Positions 14,276 to 30,049 of a stretch of 64,000 nt of DNA are shown piece by piece. Source of the DNA: the human T2T-CHM13v2.0 reference genome, Homo sapiens. The notes beneath the pieces are model-generated. The model searched no databases and was not told the DNA's origin. It saw nothing but the letters and a program-made list of their open reading frames with translations. The translations under genes were made by a program, and so were the position numbers. The stretch lies in assembly GCA_009914755.4 (NCBI GenBank), contig CP068257.2:41760001-41824000 (forward strand), written 5' to 3'. Every line of letters starts with the position of its first letter. Position 1 is the first letter of the stretch.

Positions 14276-14492
14276 ATGGCGCGGTGAGTGGGGAGAGGCG
14301 GGTGGAGACCTCGGCCAGGGTGTGCCTCCGGCCCGTGCTGCTGGGCAGGGACTCCTGCGTGTCCTGCTCCTCCTCTAGGCCCGGCCCCTGCCTGGCCTCC
14401 TCACTGATGGCTGTGTCCAGCAGGCTGCTTGGGGACACGGGCCGGGGCCGGAACACTCCGCTGCAGCTGGCATCCACCGGGAAGAACAAGGG
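14276..14492 (-). CDS. SIK1: SIK1 coding exon 10 (PLFFPVDASCSGVFRPRPVSPSSLLDTAISEEARQGPGLEEEQDTQESLPSSTGRRHTLAEVSTRLSPLTAP[C])
   Basis: Acceptor caacgcag|CCC and donor CCAT|gtaagtgt. 217 nt. Matches ORF 14208..14603 (-). Confidence 0.9.
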
Positions 14493-14607
14493 CTGCGTTG
14501 GAGAGACACAAGCCAGTGACTTCTCGGACTCCAGGTGACCCGGGCACACCGGGGGCACCAGGGCTGGGCTGAGGCGAGCCCTCTGCACACCCGCTGTGGG
14601 CACTCAC

Positions 14608-14733
14608 CCACTGCAGCGAGCTCTGGAGCTCACAGTCCATCTCGGCCTGGAGGACGGACTGCACCAAGGTCTGCGGCTGCGGGCACAGCAAGGCAGGTCG
14701 GAAAGGGTCGGTGGAAAGACCTTCCTGAGGCAC
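14608..14733 (-). CDS. SIK1: SIK1 coding exon 9 (VPQEGLSTDPFRPALLCPQPQTLVQSVLQAEMDCELQSSLQW)
   Basis: Acceptor ggccccag|GTG and donor CAGTGG|gtgagtgc. 126 nt. Matches ORF 14401..14871 (-). Confidence 0.9.
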
Positions 14734-15113
14734 CTGGGGCCGGCAGACGGGAAAGACGCTGTCAGGGGAGCGACTCCGGACCACCAGCGCCATCAAGAGA
14801 AGAAACAAGCTGGCTTCTGTCTGGAGTGCAAGCTGCCTCGCTGGTGGGCATGACAGCTGACGGAGGGACACTGGCTGGCCAGGCTGGGCTCAGGACCAGG
14901 TGCTGGTGCTGCGCTGCCAGAAGGTGGCGTGACAGGCCGGCCCCAGGGATGAGTCAGGGACAAGTGGCCTCTGGGCAGAGTCCAGCCCCCAGCAGCTGGC
15001 ACCCCCTTCCCCACGAGGCCTGGGACCCGCTGCCCACGCAAGGAACCGCCCTCCAAACCGGTGCCTGACAGGGGAGGGAGCCTGGGGCCTGGGAGGAGAC
15101 TCCTCCCCCTCAC

Positions 15114-15260
15114 CTCCAAACCACTGAGGTCCGAGCTCCGAGGCCGCGGCTGCCTGGCAGGCCCGGGGCGGGCGCACTGGGCATTCCGATACTCCTTGAG
15201 CCGCTCAAGGAGGAGGTAATAAATGGCAGCAAAGTGGTTATAGCTGCTGTTTTGCAGTGA
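15114..15260 (-). CDS. SIK1: SIK1 coding exon 8 (SLQNSSYNHFAAIYYLLLERLKEYRNAQCARPGPARQPRPRSSDLSGLE)
   Basis: Acceptor ttgttcccag|TCA and donor TTGGAG|gtgaggg. 147 nt. Matches ORF 14793..15371 (-). Confidence 0.9.
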
Positions 15261-15488
15261 CTGGGAACAAGAGGAGCAGAGATCAGCATGGGGATGGCGG
15301 GGAGCCCCAGGGCCCACCCGATCCCAGGTTATTCTTGGGTGACTGAGAATATCCTTTAGTGGGGTGGACAAGCCGGCCCCTAAATTAGCCTGTGCTCCCG
15401 TTTTAACTCAGCTGGTGAGTGCCTGCTTCCCCTGAGACAGCTGCCTAGCCCCTGCGGGTGAGGCCAGGGCAAGTGTGGCCAGGCTCAC

Positions 15489-15712
15489 CTCCACCGTCCT
15501 CTGCCGGTCCACGCCCAGGGTCTGCATGATACCCAGCGCCTGCTCATCGTAGTCGCCCAGGTTGGAGGTGTAGCTGTGTGCGGAGAAGGCGGGGCAGGCG
15601 GGTCCCGGCAAGCAGGGCTCAGCCCGCATCCACCGGTGCTGCCGGATCTGGGCGATGGTGATGCGCCTGGCGGGGTCCACCACCAGCATGCGGCGGATCA
15701 GGCTCTCACAGT
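15489..15712 (-). CDS. SIK1: SIK1 coding exon 7 ([D]CESLIRRMLVVDPARRITIAQIRQHRWMRAEPCLPGPACPAFSAHSYTSNLGDYDEQALGIMQTLGVDRQRTVE)
   Basis: Acceptor cctccacag|AC and donor GTGGAG|gtgagcct. 224 nt. Matches ORF 15408..15773 (-). Confidence 0.9.
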
Positions 15713-16199
15713 CTGTGGAGGGGCCAGGAGGCTGAGCCAGGGCGGCCGGGACCTCGGCTGCGCTCCCACCCACCGCCCCACGTGGTTTGACACGCCAGGG
15801 CCCAGGAGCAGGGGCCGGGCCATCGGCTCAGTCCTGCCACCCAAGGGGAGCCATCAGCCAGGGATCCAGACCCTGGGGGCTGCCACACTTTGTGTCCACC
15901 ACACAGAGAACCACTTAGGTTCACCCTTCTGCCGTGCCCCACACCTGAGCACCAGGTGGACAGGCATCTTTATGACACAGAAAAGCCGGGTGAGCCACAG
16001 CCAGTGGGTTGGACTCAGGGATGATGCCAGCACCCTGGGTGCGGGTACTGGGCGGGGACGGCAGGCGCAAGGCACAAGCCTGTGCAGCAAGGGCACCCGT
16101 CCACCCTCGAAATAGGGCACTGAGAAGGCATCCATGGGCTGGGTTTCTCCCGCAGCCCACAGTAACCTGGGCCTGATTCCCAGACTCAACAAGGACTCA

Positions 16200-17292
<1,093 letters not shown>

Positions 17293-17623
17293 CTAAAGAA
17301 GAAAGACCTGACATTTAACCGCACAAAAAAGGCACAAGGCAGCGCTACAAACCATCCACCAGAACCCCAGGAAATTTCTAACTTCTCTAGGACAAAGGCA
17401 TTCATCATTTAAAAATGCAAAGAAAAAGAAAAATTTCTCAAATAAAAAAAAAATAGGAGATTCCTACTCACAAAGACAGCTTTGAAAAATCAGAGGTGAA
17501 TTCCTCACTGACTTGCCTATCCTGATACACCTTTGCTCTCACAAAAGGTCTAAATATATTAGAATTCCCCTCTGTGGTCATATTTAATTCAAGACACCTC
17601 ACATACAATTTGAGAATGCTTAG

Positions 17624-17905
<282 letters not shown>

Positions 17906-18360
17906 GAGAGACAGTATTCTGAAGGCTACAGAGGAGGAGATTGCTGGAAGTCTGCTGGGCTTTATAGAAGCCTAGTAGGCAACAGATGATTCCAGCCAAC
18001 GGTCAGAGCCACCTGGGTAATAGAGAATGCACACCCCATTCCCACTCGCTTGATTGACAGGATGAATGACGCTGTGGGAACCCAGCTTTATTGACAGGAT
18101 GAATGAGGCTGTGAGAATCCAGCCTCATTCACTCAGCATGTAGCCATTCACTCAGCATGTAGCCACACAACAGCCATGCCAACATAGCCCTTTGAAGTTC
18201 ATTCACTAATCAATAACTTTATTTTACTTAAAAAGAGATTTAAAAATATAACTTATGTCTGTGAGTATTGAAAAATTTTGGAGAGGATGAGGCAATATAT
18301 TCTTATGAAAAAAGATTTTTTTGGGTTCAAAATATAGTTATTCCTTTAAAAAGATGCTTT

Positions 18361-18663
18361 GTGCTGGAGGTGGTGGCTCATGCTTGTAATCCCAGTACTT
18401 TGGGATCACCCAGGCTGATCACTTGAGGTTAGGAGTTCGAGACCAGCCTGGTCAACATGGTGAAACCCCATCTCTACTAAAAATACAAAAATTAGCCAGG
18501 TGTGGTGGCGCGTGCCTGTAGTCCCAGCTACTTGGGAGGCTGAGGTAGGAGAATCGCTTGAACCCAGGAGGTGGAGGTTGCAGTGAGTCACGATCCATAG
18601 CGCCACTGCACTCCAGCCTGGGCGACAGTGAGACTCCATCTCAAAAAAAAAAAAAAAAAAAAA
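18361..18663 (+). mobile_element. Alu SINE (+) in SIK1 intron
   Basis: gtgctggaggtggtggctcatgcttgtaatcccagtactttggga... with poly-A. TSD aaagatgctt at 18351-18360 and 18661-18670. Confidence 0.95.
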
Positions 18664-18938
18664 GATGCTTCAAAGATTGCTGCTTTGAGTTATAAATCTA
18701 AAAAGAAAAGTGTTCTATAAATTCTAGCAGTTTGGCAAGAATTTTAACTGCCCCGCCCCTGTGGGTGGTACAATAACTCTAAGACCACTGCTGACCCGTC
18801 CCCAACTGAAGAAAGGGAGGAGGAGGAAAAGAATTAAAAGTCAAAGTGTTTGAACTTTTTGAAAACTTGAAAAAAAGAGGGAAGTGTCTCAGCAGGGTTC
18901 TGGGGCCCCGGCCAGCGGAATGAAAATTAGACACTAGT

Positions 18939-19392
<454 letters not shown>

Positions 19393-20633
19393 TCAGCAGC
19401 AAACACATGGGCAATTTGTTTCTTTAACGGAGCTAATTCCACACAATGGGCAAAGGAGAAGAACAGGAAGAAAAGGAAGGTACTACCATTAGGGTTCAGC
19501 CCTTGAGCAAAGTCAAAAACAAAACCAGCTCAGCCCACTCCTGAGGAAATGGGCTGGGCACGCTGCACAGGCAGTACACCAGTGGCCATGGAGCACACAA
19601 CTTAAAAATGACAACAGAAACAAAACACAAACCAGGCGCACACGGCATGAATTCTGTGCTTAAAGACACTGAGCAAACTGTCGTAAGCTCCACCAATACT
19701 GCTACTTTTATTTTCAATCTAGTGCAGAGGCTTTTGGGGGATAATTTCGAATCATAATTCTCTCTCCTACCACACTGTACACCGAGCTGTCCTAATTGCA
19801 CAAACACACACAACAACATCCCAGAGTCATCTCACATTCCATTTCATAAGAATCATTACGAGGAACTTCAACCCAACACAAATGGATGAAATAGCACCTG
19901 CAAAGAACTTCTTCTGCAAGAAGACTTGATTTCACCTTGCAAAAGTGGTCATTTGTCATTAGGGAGGTGTAAATGATTGCTTTGCTGTTCTAATTAAATT
20001 AGTACTTATTTCCTGATGATATAATTTATTAATTTCAACATGAGAACAAAAATTAAGTCACAAAATAAACCAACAGAGAGACAGGGCAAGCCATGTTCCT
20101 AGCATGGATTAAATGACAAGCTCCTTGCTCTTACTATGGAAAAGTATTTTCATCTCTCCGTTTTTCATGGAAGAGTTTAAATAGGGAAAACAAATGCTCA
20201 CTACTGTCCTTGCAAAAATAAACTAATGAAAACCAGTAAGAGCAGCTGGCTTTAAAGTTTAATAATTATCTGCAAAGGCAGAAGTTTCCAGTTTCACTCA
20301 AATTTGTCCTTTTATACTAAATGCGTGACCTGTGGCAATACCTACAGATAAGTTTGTCTGTTTTCATAGTAAAGCAAATTTACAACAGACTTCTACACAT
20401 TTAAAACTGGATCAGGTTAGGATACTAAATAAAATTCTAATGAAGCAAATCTCAATTATGATCCAAAAGCAATAAAATAATTGTAAATATATCTGCACAG
20501 CCTATAAAAATCAATCTATTTACCTTATACAACCAAATGCCCAACTTCCACACACTCCCCAAAAGGGAAGCCACCTTCAGAAATTGCAGACTTATGCTGT
20601 TGGAAATAAAATATAACACATTTGCCAGGATTA

Positions 20634-20777
<144 letters not shown>

Positions 20778-21153
20778 CTACAAATTTAAAAAGAAAAAGG
20801 ATATTCTGTGGGTTTTTTTAAAAAAAGAAAAGAAACCCTCAACCTAATTTACACATTTCATTTTTTGCAAGTTAATTTCTCAACACTCTGTCTCCAGAAG
20901 GTCACAAGAAGTTGGGAAAACATAACCAAAGTAACCACTAATGTTATTTAAAATAATCAGAGTTAAGTAAGTGACTTAAGTATTTGCAGGCTCACTTTAC
21001 AGGGTTTAGCTCTGAGTCCATGAACCACTGCAATCTTAGGTTGGTCCTTTTTTTTGCTATTATCCTCTCTGCTTTCTCCCAATATATGTCCAAATTATGC
21101 AGCAACATAATATAAAGCATTATTTTTCTTTACCGAACTAAAAACGGTTACTA

Positions 21154-21465
<312 letters not shown>

Positions 21466-22262
21466 TCAGAGCCCACCAGCGCCCCCGCCGCCCGCGGTCG
21501 GCTCCATCCGTGCCCGCGGAGCCCCCAGTCCCCACGGGACGCAGGGACCTGCTCCCACGCCTGTCGCCCCCACTCTATCCACGGGCCCCTCCAGCCCCGT
21601 GGGAGGTGTGGACCCGCCCCCGCCGCCCGCTCCACCCGGACCCCCGACCCTCTTGAGCCCCGCGGGGCGCACGGACCCGCTCTCATAGAGGCCCCTGCCG
21701 CCCGAGTCCGGTTCCGTCCCGATCCCGGGACCCCCTGAGCCGGGATTCCACACTCGCCTCCCGCCGCCCGCTGTCGGTTCCGTCCCCACCCTCGACCCCT
21801 TTAGCACCTCTGGGCGCGGACCCGCTCCCACACCTGGCCCTGCCACCCGAGGTCGGCTCGATCCGGATCCCAGGACCGTCCCCTGCCCCGCTCCCACACC
21901 CTGCCCCCGCCGCCCGCGATCCGTCCGGTCCCCACCCCCGACATCCCAGGCACCTCGGGGATCGCGGACCCGCCCCCCACACCCGGTCTCTCCGCCCGCG
22001 GTCGGCTCCAACCTGACCCCCGGCTCCCCAGCCCCTGAGCCCCGCGGACTCACTCCTACCCCGGCCCCCCAACAAAGGGGAGCCCGAGGGCGGCCAGGCC
22101 GCCAACCCCGCCCGCGAACCCCGCGCGCGCAAGGCCAGGGACCCTGCGCGGTGGCTGCAACCCCGAGCCCCGGCCCGGCGCCCGCGCGGAGCCCCCACGG
22201 CGGCCACCTCCGCCCGCCCGGAGCCCGCCGCTGCCGCCGCTGCCGCCGCTGCCGCCGCCTCA

Positions 22263-22480
22263 CCTCCGCCGCCACCGGAGCGCCCAGGCCAGGAAGCCGC
22301 CCGCTCGGCCGCTGGCGCTGCTCGGGTGCCTACTGCTCCGGCTGCCGCCGCCGCTGCTGCTGCCTCCGGGGCCGCGCCGCATGTCAGCCCGGAGCCGCCG
22401 CGCTCCGCCGCACGCGGCGCCCGGCCCCGCCCCGGCCCGCCCCGGCCCGCCCCCCGTAGTCCCCGCCCCCTGCCCCGCCC
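22263..22480 (-). other. SIK1: Inferred non-coding SIK1 exon 1 (5'UTR). It would splice from donor GGAG|gtgagg (22262/22263) to an acceptor ccccgcag|GTGCGCG at 21447, 14 nt upstream of the ATG. The 5' boundary (TSS) is only approximate
   Basis: Perfect-consensus donor on the minus strand at 22261-22263, and a candidate acceptor just upstream of the start codon. The CRE cluster lies immediately upstream (22507-22522). Inference only, with no transcript evidence. Confidence 0.35.
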
Positions 22481-22506
22481 CCGCCGCCCGGGCGGGGGCC
22501 GCCCAT

Positions 22507-22522
22507 TGACGTCGCTTTGACG
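22507..22522. promoter_or_regulatory. Tandem CRE/ATF half-sites (TGACGTCG ... TGACGC) followed on the minus strand by multiple Sp1 GC boxes
   Basis: ccattgacgtcgctttgacgcc. SIK1 is a classical CREB target, so CREs near its TSS are expected. Confidence 0.5.
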
Positions 22523-22642
22523 CCAGAGCGACGCGCGGCCGAGCGCCGGGCGGAGGGAGAGCGGGAGATCGGGCGGTTGCCAAGAGACTGGCGGCTCTGA
22601 CGCGCGCGGGATGAGGCCGTTGCCCTGGCGACCGCGGGCCGG

Positions 22643-22650
22643 TGACGTCA
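22643..22650. promoter_or_regulatory. Full palindromic cAMP response element TGACGTCA
   Basis: ggtgacgtcagggg read directly. About 1.2 kb upstream of the SIK1 ATG on the gene's strand. Another half-site GACGTCA is at 22986-22992. Confidence 0.55.
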
Positions 22651-23575
22651 GGGGCGCCCGCCGCCCGAGGCCCGCCCGCCTGCGCTCCGCCGGGCGCCCC
22701 CTCCCGGGCGCTGGGGGCACTGCGGGCGGCCCCACCGCCGAGGGCGCGCCCGCCCCTCCACGCTCGGGCACTCGGGCCGGGTCCCGCGGGCGCCTTGTGC
22801 TCGCTCCCTCCAGGAGGGGACGGCTCTCGGGCAGGGGTCGCCGGCCCCTCCACGCGGCCTGCGTTCGTCCAGACTCAGAGCCTCGGGACGTGCGGGGGCC
22901 CGGGGGCCTCGCGGGCTCGCGCGTGGGGCTGGCGGCGCGGATGCCCTGGGGCGCTGCAGACCCCGAGAGGCCGCTTGCCCGCGGGGACGTCAGCCGCTTT
23001 TGCTGTTAAAATCTGAAATGTTCAGCAAGTTAGAAACTTGAAACCTAAGGAAGCGTGACCGGCCGCTCTGGAAGCCCCCGCCGCGCGGCCGGTCCCGGCC
23101 CCGGCCCTCAGCGGCGCTGGCGTCTGCGCGTCCCGGGGCTGCCCCCGCAGCATGTGGGGCTGGGACCCTCTTCCCGCGCGGGCCCCGGGCGGACGCTGCG
23201 GGCGGTGACGGAGCCAGGCCGGCCGCCTGGGTAGGGGACGGGGGCGCGGGACCACTTGCTTGCCCGTGGCCGATGCCTCATCCGAACGGAAAACGTTTTC
23301 TTCAGGGGAGACAGAGGCTGTGGGCGAAGGTATTTTTTAAGCCTGAGGACCCATTTGGGAGTTAGATTCTGGATCGAGCCTAGGGTCAGTTTTCCTTGTG
23401 TTAAATAACACTACTTCACAGAAGGGGGAACGAGAATTCAGGGAAGTTGGCACAAAACTTGGAACCCTTCTCGGGAGGCTTTCCTGCCTGGACGGACGCC
23501 TGGGAGGAGGGCCCGGAGAAACGAGGATGAGCTTCTCCTCATTCGCCCGAGGGTCTGACCACAGATTTCCCAATC

Positions 23576-23579
<4 letters not shown>

Positions 23580-23626
<47 letters not shown>

Positions 23627-23632
23627 ACACAC
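23580..23632. repeat. (AC)n microsatellite (about 26 units) at the edge of the CpG island
   Basis: cacacacacacacacac... run. Confidence 0.9.
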
Positions 23633-23858
23633 GGGTTGTTTGGGAGTCAGTTGGTTTTCAAAGGCTTTCAAGGAAATGAAGAGTCCCAAAGTTTTCCTTA
23701 ATCGTTCAGAGTGTTTTTCTTTGTCCCAGGTTTATATACCAAGAATACGGGGGAATATTTTTAGTTCCTTTCAGCTGAACAGTGTACAACTGCCTTTTTT
23801 CCTTTTGGAGGTCCCAACACCCTGTTAATCCGCTCCTAGGAGAACTAAACAAAAACAA

Positions 23859-24190
<332 letters not shown>

Positions 24191-27100
24191 TCACACTCAC
24201 CATTCAGTCCCTCAGCCTGTGACTTGAAATACTGCCCCCCGCATCCAGGAAGCAGGCTTCCCCACCCCTCCCACCCTAGCCAGAGTCTTCCAAAAGGTCT
24301 TAGGTATTTGCAAACACCTGGCTGGCTGTTTGGAAACATTGCATCAGCACCAAATAAAAACTGCAGCCAAAACTGCCTCCGCAGAACAGGTCCCCAAACT
24401 CAGGTGCACTTGACCTTTCACCCTGACCCAGCCCTGAGCTTCCAAAACCCAGAACAGCCCTGTGCCAACCATGGCCATCCTGTTTTCCCTTCCCTGGGCC
24501 CGTGGGCAAGGAGCTCGCTCTGCAGAGAAAGGCAGGAAGCACAGAGGAAAAGGCCAAGCTTGGAACGGCTGTCCCGTCTCCCCACTGGGGGAACCCCTGG
24601 CACCCTCATAACTAAGTCTGTGCTTCAACCTGGTCTCTGTTACCCAATGTCTTTTGTTGTTGTTTGTGTCCTTGACCCCCCGAGGCTGTATTTCCTCTCA
24701 GAAGCTTTGATTTCTTTTCTGTTTTCTGGTCTTCCGTGCCTTTAACACGAGGAAAAATAAAACACATGGTGTGAGTGTAAGGATGGTACAAGCAAATGAT
24801 TGGAGAAGCTCCTCACTGAACATAATGGAAGGAATGCTCCCAAAGTCTGCAGGAACGGTACTTTATTATTATGGTTTGCATATTATTACAGATTTGTGGA
24901 AAACGGCAAGTCAGTTTTCCTTTCCACATGGACTTTCTTCAGCTTGTCTTATGATTGCCGTGTTTCTGGAGTTCATCTTGTTTTTTAGGCCTTAAGACTG
25001 GAAACCCCAACAGGAAATGGGTCCATTTATTATTCATAGTTGTAACGCTGGCCACTGGCATGTCACAAAACTCTCAAAATCAATTGATAAACACAGAGAA
25101 TGGAGCGTGGGGCAGCATTTTTGCAAAGGGATGGGTGCCCAGCTGGCCCCAGTGCCGCCCTCTGTGAGGAAGGAATCTCCCAGTGCAGCCAGGAGTCAGA
25201 CGAGTTCCTCTTCCCGACCCTACCCTCCCATCTTCGACGCCTAAGGCCCTTCCCTGTCTTCCTGGCTTTGCTTCAGGTGGTTTTGTACTTTTTAAATTTT
25301 GTTTTGGTTTGTTTAGGCTTCAGCCTAGCGGCTTTAGGTGCCAGAAAATCAGATTAACCACTGCAGCGGCATCCTTCTCAGGGACCCGGGGGCCACGTTG
25401 GTCATTTTGCCCCATTGTATCTGGAGAGCTTGACAGACAGACATGTGTGCACTAGGTCAGGAAGCCACGGCCCTGGCCTGGGAAGAGGGCAGGTAGGAGA
25501 AAAGCCCCCAGCCCCCTCCACCCTCAGGGAATGGCCCAGTTGTCCACAGGTTAAGTCAAGAATCCCCCGCGAACAGGTCAAACCAGAGACTGCCCAGTCC
25601 CAGCGTCCGCCCCCAGGGCATTGCTTCCTTCACCTCCTACACTTGGCTCCCTGTGGTTCCGTGGCTGCCACAGTTGTGTGGATCCTACCGGGCCCAGGGC
25701 CCCTCCCCATCTCAGACAGCACCCACTTTCAGGCTAGGCCTTCCACGGGCTGCTTAAATGGACCACGAAGGCCGGCAAAGCAGCAGAAACGTGCCTGTTC
25801 ACGGGCCAGTCGGCCCTCCCCGCTCCAGCCCTCTAGGGTTTCTGGTTCCGGTTTCTGTCGCTGCCGTTAGTGAGGAATTATTCATGTGGCCAATGCGTTT
25901 TCTTGACATTTAAGCAGGGCTGTGGCCGATATCAAGGCTGAGGACCCAAGAGGCCTTTGGGTGTCTGTGTCCCTGAGCCATATGCTGAGGTCGGACGGCG
26001 GGGGAGGGGGGTGCAGGAAGGGGCCAGCCCCAGCGAGAGTCAGCCAGGCCCCAAACAGAGCCAGGGGTTCCCCCGGGGGGGAGTGCTCACTTAGGAAGAG
26101 CACCATGGACAGCCTGGCAGGAGGTCACCCTGTGCTGAGCAGGCAGCTCTGGAGTAAACCACCTGCCTCTCTGTAGGAAGAAGGAAACCGCATCCGCAAA
26201 CGGAGCAAAGGTCCCCAGAGGCAGAGCAGAAGCCTCTGGGATGCTGCAGCTTTGTGCAGACACTGGGGACCAGGACTGGAGCAGGTGCTGGCCGTGCTCT
26301 TTATCCTGGGCACTCTGCCAGGGCCACACGGAGCGTGGCTCCCGGGAGATGGAGACGTCTGAGTGTCAGCTCAGGTCTCGGTGTTTCCAGGTGACATGCT
26401 GGCTGCTAGTGTAGAGCATGGTAAACCATCTTTTTTTTTTTTTGGTTACTATTTACTTATGCAAAATAATGTGAGTTTCTGCCATTTGCAACAAGTGTGC
26501 CAGCTGCAATGAGTCAGCGGGTGGACACAGGTGAGCATGGCCAGACTGTGCCAGAACATGGTGACAGACAGACATGCTTCGAAGTTCACTGTGGGAAGGG
26601 ACAGGTCCCCAGAGAGAGGTGAGACGGTGCAACGCGAGGGTGAGTTCGGAGTCGTCCTCCAGATGTCCACAAAGGCTCGAGAGGCCCTGCTGTGTGTCAG
26701 GCACTGCGTGAAGGTTGTGGGCACAGTAGGAGGGACACAAGACACCTTCTCTCGAGGACCGTTGGTTCCAGTTGCGGAGACAGTAACAGCATAAGATGAT
26801 GAGTAAGAAAAGAATGCTGGCAGGAAAGTGGCCATGGAGGGAACTGCTTCCGGGCCTCTCCGTGGGATTTGCCAGGCGTGGACTGAGCGAGGACCTTCCC
26901 TGAGAACACCAACTGCTCCAGGAGAGAGAAGAGGTGGAGCCCCGGCGGGGGGCATGGGGCAGGAGGCAGCCACCCACACCTTCCCTCTCTGAATGCTGAG
27001 CAGAGGCTCTCAGCAGAGGGGAAGAAGAGCAGAGGCCACGATTGGGAAGACAGACCCAGTGGGGGTCCTTGGCGCCGTCCACATCCATCTGCAACCTGCT

Positions 27101-27782
27101 GCCCAGCGCCTGCCTGCCCGGGGTGTGCACAGAGCAGTGTGGTCTGTCCCGGCTTCACGGCCTGACACGGCCAGGCGAGGATGACAGGGAAAGGGAGGCA
27201 GGGACTTGGGGCTGTTGGAGCCAAGCTGAGGAGCAAGGAGCTGCGATGGGAAGCGGGTGGCAGGAAGGAGCGTGAGGCCTGTGGGTGGAAGGTCTCTGGC
27301 CTTGGAGATTGAAGCGTTTCACTTGTGCATCTCACAGCCCAGAGAAGCCAAGCCCGGACCATGGGGGAGAGAGGAGGACCCCCGTCTCAGGGCGGGCTGA
27401 GGAGACGCTCTCTCCACGGCTTCCGGATGGGTCTCCCTCCATCTCAGCTGCATCTATGGGAAAACGATGAAATGCTCCCTCCACTGCCGGGCCTTCTCTT
27501 ATAAAGCAGGTTTCTTCGAAGTATAAAAATTAATAGAAAAGGTTCCATAGAAAATCAAGAAAGTAAGTATGTAAAGATGAAAACAAAAAGCACCGGAAAT
27601 GCTCTTCATAGCTGACGTTTTCTTATTCACTTTTTATTAAAACAGGATGAGGCGTCCTGCCTTTTCCAGCCTTATCTAGGAAGTGTCTTGCCAGGTCACC
27701 AAATGGCAAGCAGAACCGTAAGCTGAAGTTGTCTGCCTAGAATTCCACTGTGGCAATGTTCAGCATCCCGACTGGACAGCTC

Positions 27783-27836
27783 CGTGCGGCGGCATCGGGG
27801 GCGCGGCGGCATCGGGGGCGCGGCAGCATCGGGGGC
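27783..27836. repeat. 19-bp tandem repeat x about 3 (gcggcggcatcgggggcgc)
   Basis: tgcggcggcatcgggggcgcggcggcatcgggggcgcggcagcatcgggggccc. Confidence 0.8.
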
Positions 27837-28216
27837 CCTTTTCATGCCATTCAAGGCCCCGTGGAAACAGACACCACAGCTCAGCATGAGACTGTGGCCC
27901 CACCTGACCTGGCTCATCCATCCCCAGCCTCTCGTGGTCCCCGGCCCTATGCCGACATTTGGCACTCGATGAGCCATTTCTCCACATTTCAGGAGCCTTG
28001 TTTTAAGACAGCCTGGCTGTCTGAGAGCCACCGGAGTCGAGACTGGATGCCCGGCCTGGTGCCCGTGGGCCAGCACCGCCTGAGGAGGAGGGGTCTCTGG
28101 AGGCCACAGGCAGAGCCACTGAGAGGGATCTTTAAGCAGAGGGCCCCACACACCTCCTGGGACCCACGGGTGTGGCTGCCATGCAGGGTCTGGGAGCTAC
28201 AGAGAGTCGGGAACCA

Positions 28217-28515
28217 AGGGCGCGGTGGCTCACACCTGTAATCCCAGCACTTTGGGAGGCCAAGGATCACGAGGTCAGGAGATCGAGACCATCCTGGCTC
28301 ATACGGTGAAACCCCATCTCCACTAAAAATACAAAAAATTAGCCGGGCGTGGTGGCGGGCGCCTGTGGTCCTAGCTACTCGGGAGGCTGAGGCAGGAGAA
28401 TGGAGTGAACCCGGGAGGCGGAGGTTGCAGTGAACCCAGATTGCCCACTGCACTCCAGCCTGGGCAACAGAGCGAGACTCCGTCTCAAAAAAAAAAAAAA
28501 AGAAAGAAAAAAAGT
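28217..28515 (+). mobile_element. Alu SINE (+, AluY/S-like)
   Basis: gggcgcggtggctcacacctgtaatcccagcactttgggaggccaaggatcacgaggtcaggagatcgagaccatcctggc... with poly-A. Confidence 0.95.
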
Positions 28516-29457
28516 AAAAACAAGAGAGTAGGGAGCCAAGTCCCTGGGTTGCCAAGTCAATCCGTGGAAGCCCCTGACTTCGAGCAGGACACAGGGCCCT
28601 AAGGACAGCCCCAGCCCCTGCAGTGTGGCCTGCAATGGGTGTCATTCATTTTGACCTGGCTGTTGTGGTTTTGGGTGGTATTGTTATTTGTTTGAAAAGA
28701 AAACACATGGGCTGCGTATGGCATGAGCAAGTACAGACGTCATTGGGATCGGCTAATGAAAATGACAGAGTACTCTAAAGTGACACCTTACAGGGACGTG
28801 GTGATGTGGCACCAGGCCCAGTGGCACCAGCACACCACCGTCTCGCTGGCATTTCCACCGTGGTCCCTGTTAAACCAGAAAGAACGAAAGTGTGATGGGG
28901 AAAAATAAGTATGTGTTTCTTGTAAAACACAGCTCATTTCAAAACTACTGAGAACAAGGGGACAGTTTGAAATTGGGCAGAGCCCCTTGGGACCAGCTGG
29001 ACCAGGAAGAAGGTCCAATCAGCTCTTCCTCAGGGCCAGGAATCTCTCGGTCACTCCGAGGCCTGGAAGAAAGTTTCCAGAACCTTTTTTTGCACAAATA
29101 AACTGCAGATCTGAAATCAGCAAGAAGGTTCAGGACCTGGGCCCCCAGGATTGGAACCACGGGAGTCTCAGATCCTCAAACTAGCTGGGTTTGCTTCAGT
29201 TTTCTCAGGTGGGACGGGCCACCCTGGGTTTCCCAGGGTGATGTCCCGACAGTGGAGGTGAGATGTCACAGAATGGAGGATGTGATATGATCTGTAACAT
29301 GGAATCCAGCAGAAGCTCCAGCACTTAAAAGACAGGAAGCAGTGGAGGGCCTGGGTGTCCCAGCCTTCATCATTCCCTCACCTGGAGCAGTTGGTGTCCT
29401 CAGGGAAGGTTCTCATTCAGTCCATGCCTGGCAGATCCCATGGAGGTGCCCGGGTGA

Positions 29458-29997
<540 letters not shown>

Positions 29998-30049
29998 TGA
30001 AGTTGGTGTGAGGTGCAGGTGGGACGGCTTTGGGGCAGGCCCCAGTGCA

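Noticed and set aside
21466-22853. Very long ORFs on both strands (362 aa, 269 aa, 197 aa; Gly/Arg/Ala/Pro-rich) across the CpG island
   Set aside because: Extreme GC content suppresses stop codons. The sequences are low-complexity with no domain resemblance, and they overlap each other in multiple frames and strands. Treated as a CpG-island artefact.
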